This document shows, one piece after another, positions 60,700-64,000 of a stretch of DNA of 64,000 bases; position 1 is the first letter of the stretch; every line of letters begins with the position of its first letter. The position numbers and the translations under genes are program-made. The notes under the pieces were generated by a model. It did no database searches. It saw only the letters and a program-made list of their open reading frames with translations, and was not told the DNA's origin. This DNA comes from an uncultured Spirochaetota bacterium. GTDB lineage: Bacteria; Spirochaetota; Brevinematia; Brevinematales; JAOACQ01. The stretch lies in contig CAWIGG010000004.1 in assembly GCA_963835575.1 (NCBI GenBank), positions 416,001 to 480,000 on the forward strand, given 5' to 3'.

Positions 60700-62958
60700 T
60701 TATCCCGCTTTCCGGGATATTTTCAGCATGGCTATCTTCAGGTTGGCCATATCATAGACAGACTGATAGCGGTAATAGCTGGAAAGGACTTTTTTGACAT
60801 ATTCCCGGGTTTCCTGATAGGGAACGATCTCAAGAAGTTCCAGTTCATTCAGTGGATAAAATTTTTGTTTTGTTAAGTTAATGATCCTGATTCCGCCGTT
60901 ATAGGAAGCGACGGCGGTCAGAAATCCATAAGCTTTTATCTCCTGATTGAGAAAGGTTGTTCCGAGAATGATATTAAAAAGGGGATTATAGAGATTTGAA
61001 TTCTTTTTATTCAAAACGACCGGAGAGGTCAGCCTGGCAGTTGTGGGCATTAACTGCATCAGCCCGCGCGCGCCTACACGGGACCGGGCGTTGGGGATAT
61101 AGATGCTTTCACTTCTGATGATCGCGTATATCAGCTGCTTGTCAAGCTGGGAATCCTTTAACTGGCTGAGGGCCACATTGATCTCGCTGTCATAAGGCGT
61201 GGGATAGAGGAGCATCTGAATGTCCCTGGAAAAGAAAGCGAAATTTTCCTGTATGAAATCATTGTCCATCAGGTTGACATAATACGGCCGTGCCGCTTGA
61301 AAATCCTTGTTTTTAACCAGCTCGTTAAGGACCAGTATGTTCTGGAGAAGGGGATCTGAAATATCCGCGGAGGAAAGCATCGTTTTAGCCTTTTCAATCA
61401 GGCCGTTGCGCGTATAAACGACAAATTTGATGTAATTATCGCTATTTTTCAGCTTGCTGAGAATATTGTTGTCAAAGTCAAAGAGGGGGCTGTCGCTCAC
61501 TTTTTTCATGAGGAGTGTGACCTGCTCCTTGAATTTGTTCTTTTCATACCCGTCTTTCAGGGCATAGAGAAGCCTTCCGTAATAGAGCCTGGCGGAAAGA
61601 TCGGGGCTTGAATTATAAGCTTTATCAACCTGGGCCAGGTAGTCATTGTATTTTACGCCTTTACTGTCCATTATATTCTGAATGAAAGACTTGGCCTGAA
61701 GGGAAAGATAGCCGTCCGGAAGGTAGGACAGCGATTTTTCAAACCAGAAGAGCGCGTTTTCATAATCATTGAGCTGATATGAGGCGTAGGCGTTCCAGAA
61801 CGCGGCGTCATCGCTCAGCTGGCCTATCTTCGGATTGAGCTTTAAGGCGTCAAAGCTCATACCGATAACGTTCGTTATTTCTTCATATTGCTTAAAAGCC
61901 AGTAAATTCCTTGTGACGATCCGCAGGTTCTTTTTAATGTATTCAATGTCCACATCGCCCTTAATGTAATTTTTATAATAAGCCAGGGCTTTCGTATAAT
62001 TATAGCGGGCTTTCCTGTTCAATGGCCGGAGCAGTTTATAATAATATGAGCCGCGGACTATCCCGGAATGGCTTCGGATGGTCATTTTTGACAGGGAATA
62101 GAGGTCTGTCATTTCCTCGGATATCGCTGTATAATCTTCTTTTCCTTTAAGTTTATTGATATAATCCCTGACAAAAGGCTTATGGCAATTATAGACCAGA
62201 TCGAGGGAAAGTTCCTCGACAACAGAGCCGGCCGGTTGGAATTCCTGTATATAGTATTGCGTAAACTGGGCGTAATCCTCATACATGCCCAGGCGGGACA
62301 AATTTTTCAATACGGCCGTCTTTTCATCCCGGGTATAAAAGCGCCAGTTATGCGTAATGATTTTATGGTAAAGGGGATGGTCTTCATCATCCAGGTTTTC
62401 AATATGAACAGCGTATTGCCCGCTTTTCCGGAGATTATTAACATAATAATAGAGCCTGAGAAGCCGGATATCCGCTTCGTTTTTTCTATAGAACGGGTTG
62501 ATTTCCTTATTGCTTTCAATGATTTTTATCGCTTTTTTATAAGCGTTATTTCTGGAATAAAGATCGGCCAGGTACAAGGCCGCGTCCATTTTTGTCAGAT
62601 TATCGCCGGAATTTTTTAATACAGATTCCAGGACTTCCCTGGCCCGGGCTGTCCTGCCGTATTTTTCATTGAATTTCGCCCTGAGGAGCCGCGCGTCATC
62701 CCTCAATATAAAATCTTCTTTTTCAAGCTTATTTAACAGGGCCTGAATATACTCATAATCTCTCTTTTTCGGATGATTATTTTTTAAAGCCGCGGATACC
62801 TGACGGAATTTATCCAATTCCTCATATTGACGCTCGATGGTGCTCTCCAGGAAGAATTCCCTGGCGGGTTCGAGCGAAAAGAGCATAGCCGACGTGATGA
62901 CCGCTATGCTGATAGCTATTTCCAAACGGATTGTACGGACCTGCCTGCCGAAACTCAC
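60700..62958 (-). CDS. Soluble lytic transglycosylase with helical-repeat N-terminus
   Basis: IIRSES, GARGLMQLMP, SYNGG, ETREYV. Confidence 0.88.
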   Translation of the reverse strand: MSFGRQVRTIRLEIAISIAVITSAMLFSLEPAREFFLESTIERQYEELDKFRQVSAALKNNHPKKRDYEYIQALLNKLEKEDFILRDDARLLRAKFNEKYGRTARAREVLESVLKNSGDNLTKMDAALYLADLYSRNNAYKKAIKIIESNKEINPFYRKNEADIRLLRLYYYVNNLRKSGQYAVHIENLDDEDHPLYHKIITHNWRFYTRDEKTAVLKNLSRLGMYEDYAQFTQYYIQEFQPAGSVVEELSLDLVYNCHKPFVRDYINKLKGKEDYTAISEEMTDLYSLSKMTIRSHSGIVRGSYYYKLLRPLNRKARYNYTKALAYYKNYIKGDVDIEYIKKNLRIVTRNLLAFKQYEEITNVIGMSFDALKLNPKIGQLSDDAAFWNAYASYQLNDYENALFWFEKSLSYLPDGYLSLQAKSFIQNIMDSKGVKYNDYLAQVDKAYNSSPDLSARLYYGRLLYALKDGYEKNKFKEQVTLLMKKVSDSPLFDFDNNILSKLKNSDNYIKFVVYTRNGLIEKAKTMLSSADISDPLLQNILVLNELVKNKDFQAARPYYVNLMDNDFIQENFAFFSRDIQMLLYPTPYDSEINVALSQLKDSQLDKQLIYAIIRSESIYIPNARSRVGARGLMQLMPTTARLTSPVVLNKKNSNLYNPLFNIILGTTFLNQEIKAYGFLTAVASYNGGIRIINLTKQKFYPLNELELLEIVPYQETREYVKKVLSSYYRYQSVYDMANLKIAMLKISRKAG

Positions 62959-63118
62959 GAAATTCCCCTCAATTTTAACTCACTGCTCCTCTTTTTTATA
63001 AAACAATTCATTTTAAATTAAAATAACGCCGCCGTCAAACCGGCAGGGTCTGATTATCTATCTTTGTTTTATATAAATTAACCTGAAATCGTTGAAATTT
63101 CAAGTGTTTTATGCCTGT

Positions 63119-63817
63119 CTATTCATTTTTCTGCCCCTTTTCCTCCTCAGACGGTTTTTTTATGATCCTGGCAACAACATGGACCCGGTCCATTCCCTCG
63201 ACGGTTACAAGCTTCGGCAGGTTCAGGGGTACATATTCCGCGACGTCATTTGTCGCGCCGTCGATGGAAAGCGGGATTGTTTCCAGATAATTATACTGGT
63301 TTAATGTGTCCTGCGGGCCTTTGATGGTGATCATTCTCCTGTCCATCAATATATCATCGACAATATAGCCGTCTTTCGGATTACCGCTTGTGATAGGCTG
63401 AATAAATACGATTTTTGAGCTGATTTTATCGATCTTGAGCTTTGCCTTATCCTTGAGGGGATTGAAAATGACCCCGGGCTGAGGCTCGGTAATTTCAATT
63501 TCAATCATATAGCTGTTGATGCCGGGAGAGGCTTTTTCAAGATTTACATAAAAGTGGACCATCTTGGAAAAATCCAGATTTTTGATCTTTTCCTTAAGTC
63601 CTTTAACCTTCACAAGGACTGTCGTGTCGTATATTTCAACGATCATGAGGTCTTTCGGAAGGTTTTTATAGACAATCGAAGATGAAAATGTCAATTCCTC
63701 ATACGCCGGAAAATTAACAATATACCAGAGTAATGCCGCCACGGCGAGGGATATTAATTTTTTCTGCCAGTCAAATATGAAAAACGATGCTATTTTACTC
63801 CGCTTCCACCATTTCAT
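63119..63817 (-). CDS. cdaR: CdaR/YbbR-family protein
   Basis: KLISLAVAALLW N-terminal TM, YbbR-like domains, follows cdaA. Confidence 0.82.
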   Translation of the reverse strand: MKWWKRSKIASFFIFDWQKKLISLAVAALLWYIVNFPAYEELTFSSSIVYKNLPKDLMIVEIYDTTVLVKVKGLKEKIKNLDFSKMVHFYVNLEKASPGINSYMIEIEITEPQPGVIFNPLKDKAKLKIDKISSKIVFIQPITSGNPKDGYIVDDILMDRRMITIKGPQDTLNQYNYLETIPLSIDGATNDVAEYVPLNLPKLVTVEGMDRVHVVARIIKKPSEEEKGQKNE

Positions 63818-64000
63818 GGATTTTCCTCACAAAATGTTCCTGATTTAAATCGCTTTCGATTTTTCCTTTATGGGCTATTGAAATCGCGCCGGTCTCTTCT
63901 GATATTATGATGCTGATGGCATCGCTGTCGGACGTGACAGCGATCCCGGCCAGATGGCGCGTACCGAAGCCGGTTTTCTTTTTTAAGTGGGCGTCAACTA
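63795..64000 (-). CDS. cdaA: Diadenylate cyclase CdaA (3' part; runs off window end)
   Basis: Manual translation GFGTRHLAGIAVTSDSDAISIIISEETGAISIA, the DAC motifs. Confidence 0.9.
   Translation of the reverse strand, partial: VDAHLKKKTGFGTRHLAGIAVTSDSDAISIIISEETGAISIAHKGKIESDLNQEHFVRKIHEMVEAE

Overview
A 64-kb chromosomal window from a diderm bacterium. The gene mix (metX-metW pair, mitochondrial-type aconitase, cdaA/cdaR, dprA, TolC/RND) suggests Spirochaetota, but this is inference only. Housekeeping genes are rpsB (partial), acyP, metXW, aspS, polA, dprA, queA, acnA, lysS and cdaA-cdaR. There is also a GH9 glycoside hydrolase, a copper operon (csoR, HMA/DsbD-like/cupredoxin protein, copA) and a TolC+RND pair with no adaptor gene. 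Accessory DNA: (1) an IS1182-like element splitting a YcxB-family gene; (2) an IS5-family element; (3) a Type III RM operon with an extra N6-MTase/TRD gene plus a small PD-(D/E)XK nuclease gene wedged between mod and res; (4) a complete EN-minus group II intron whose flanks rejoin into a ~230-nt nested inverted-repeat element, with the intron at the apical hairpin; (5) a solo integron-cassette-like orphan gene nested inside an element bounded by sub-repeated inverted ends; (6) several families of small palindromic or MITE-like repeats, one resembling IS5 ends joined head-to-head. No CRISPR array, tRNA or rRNA was seen.
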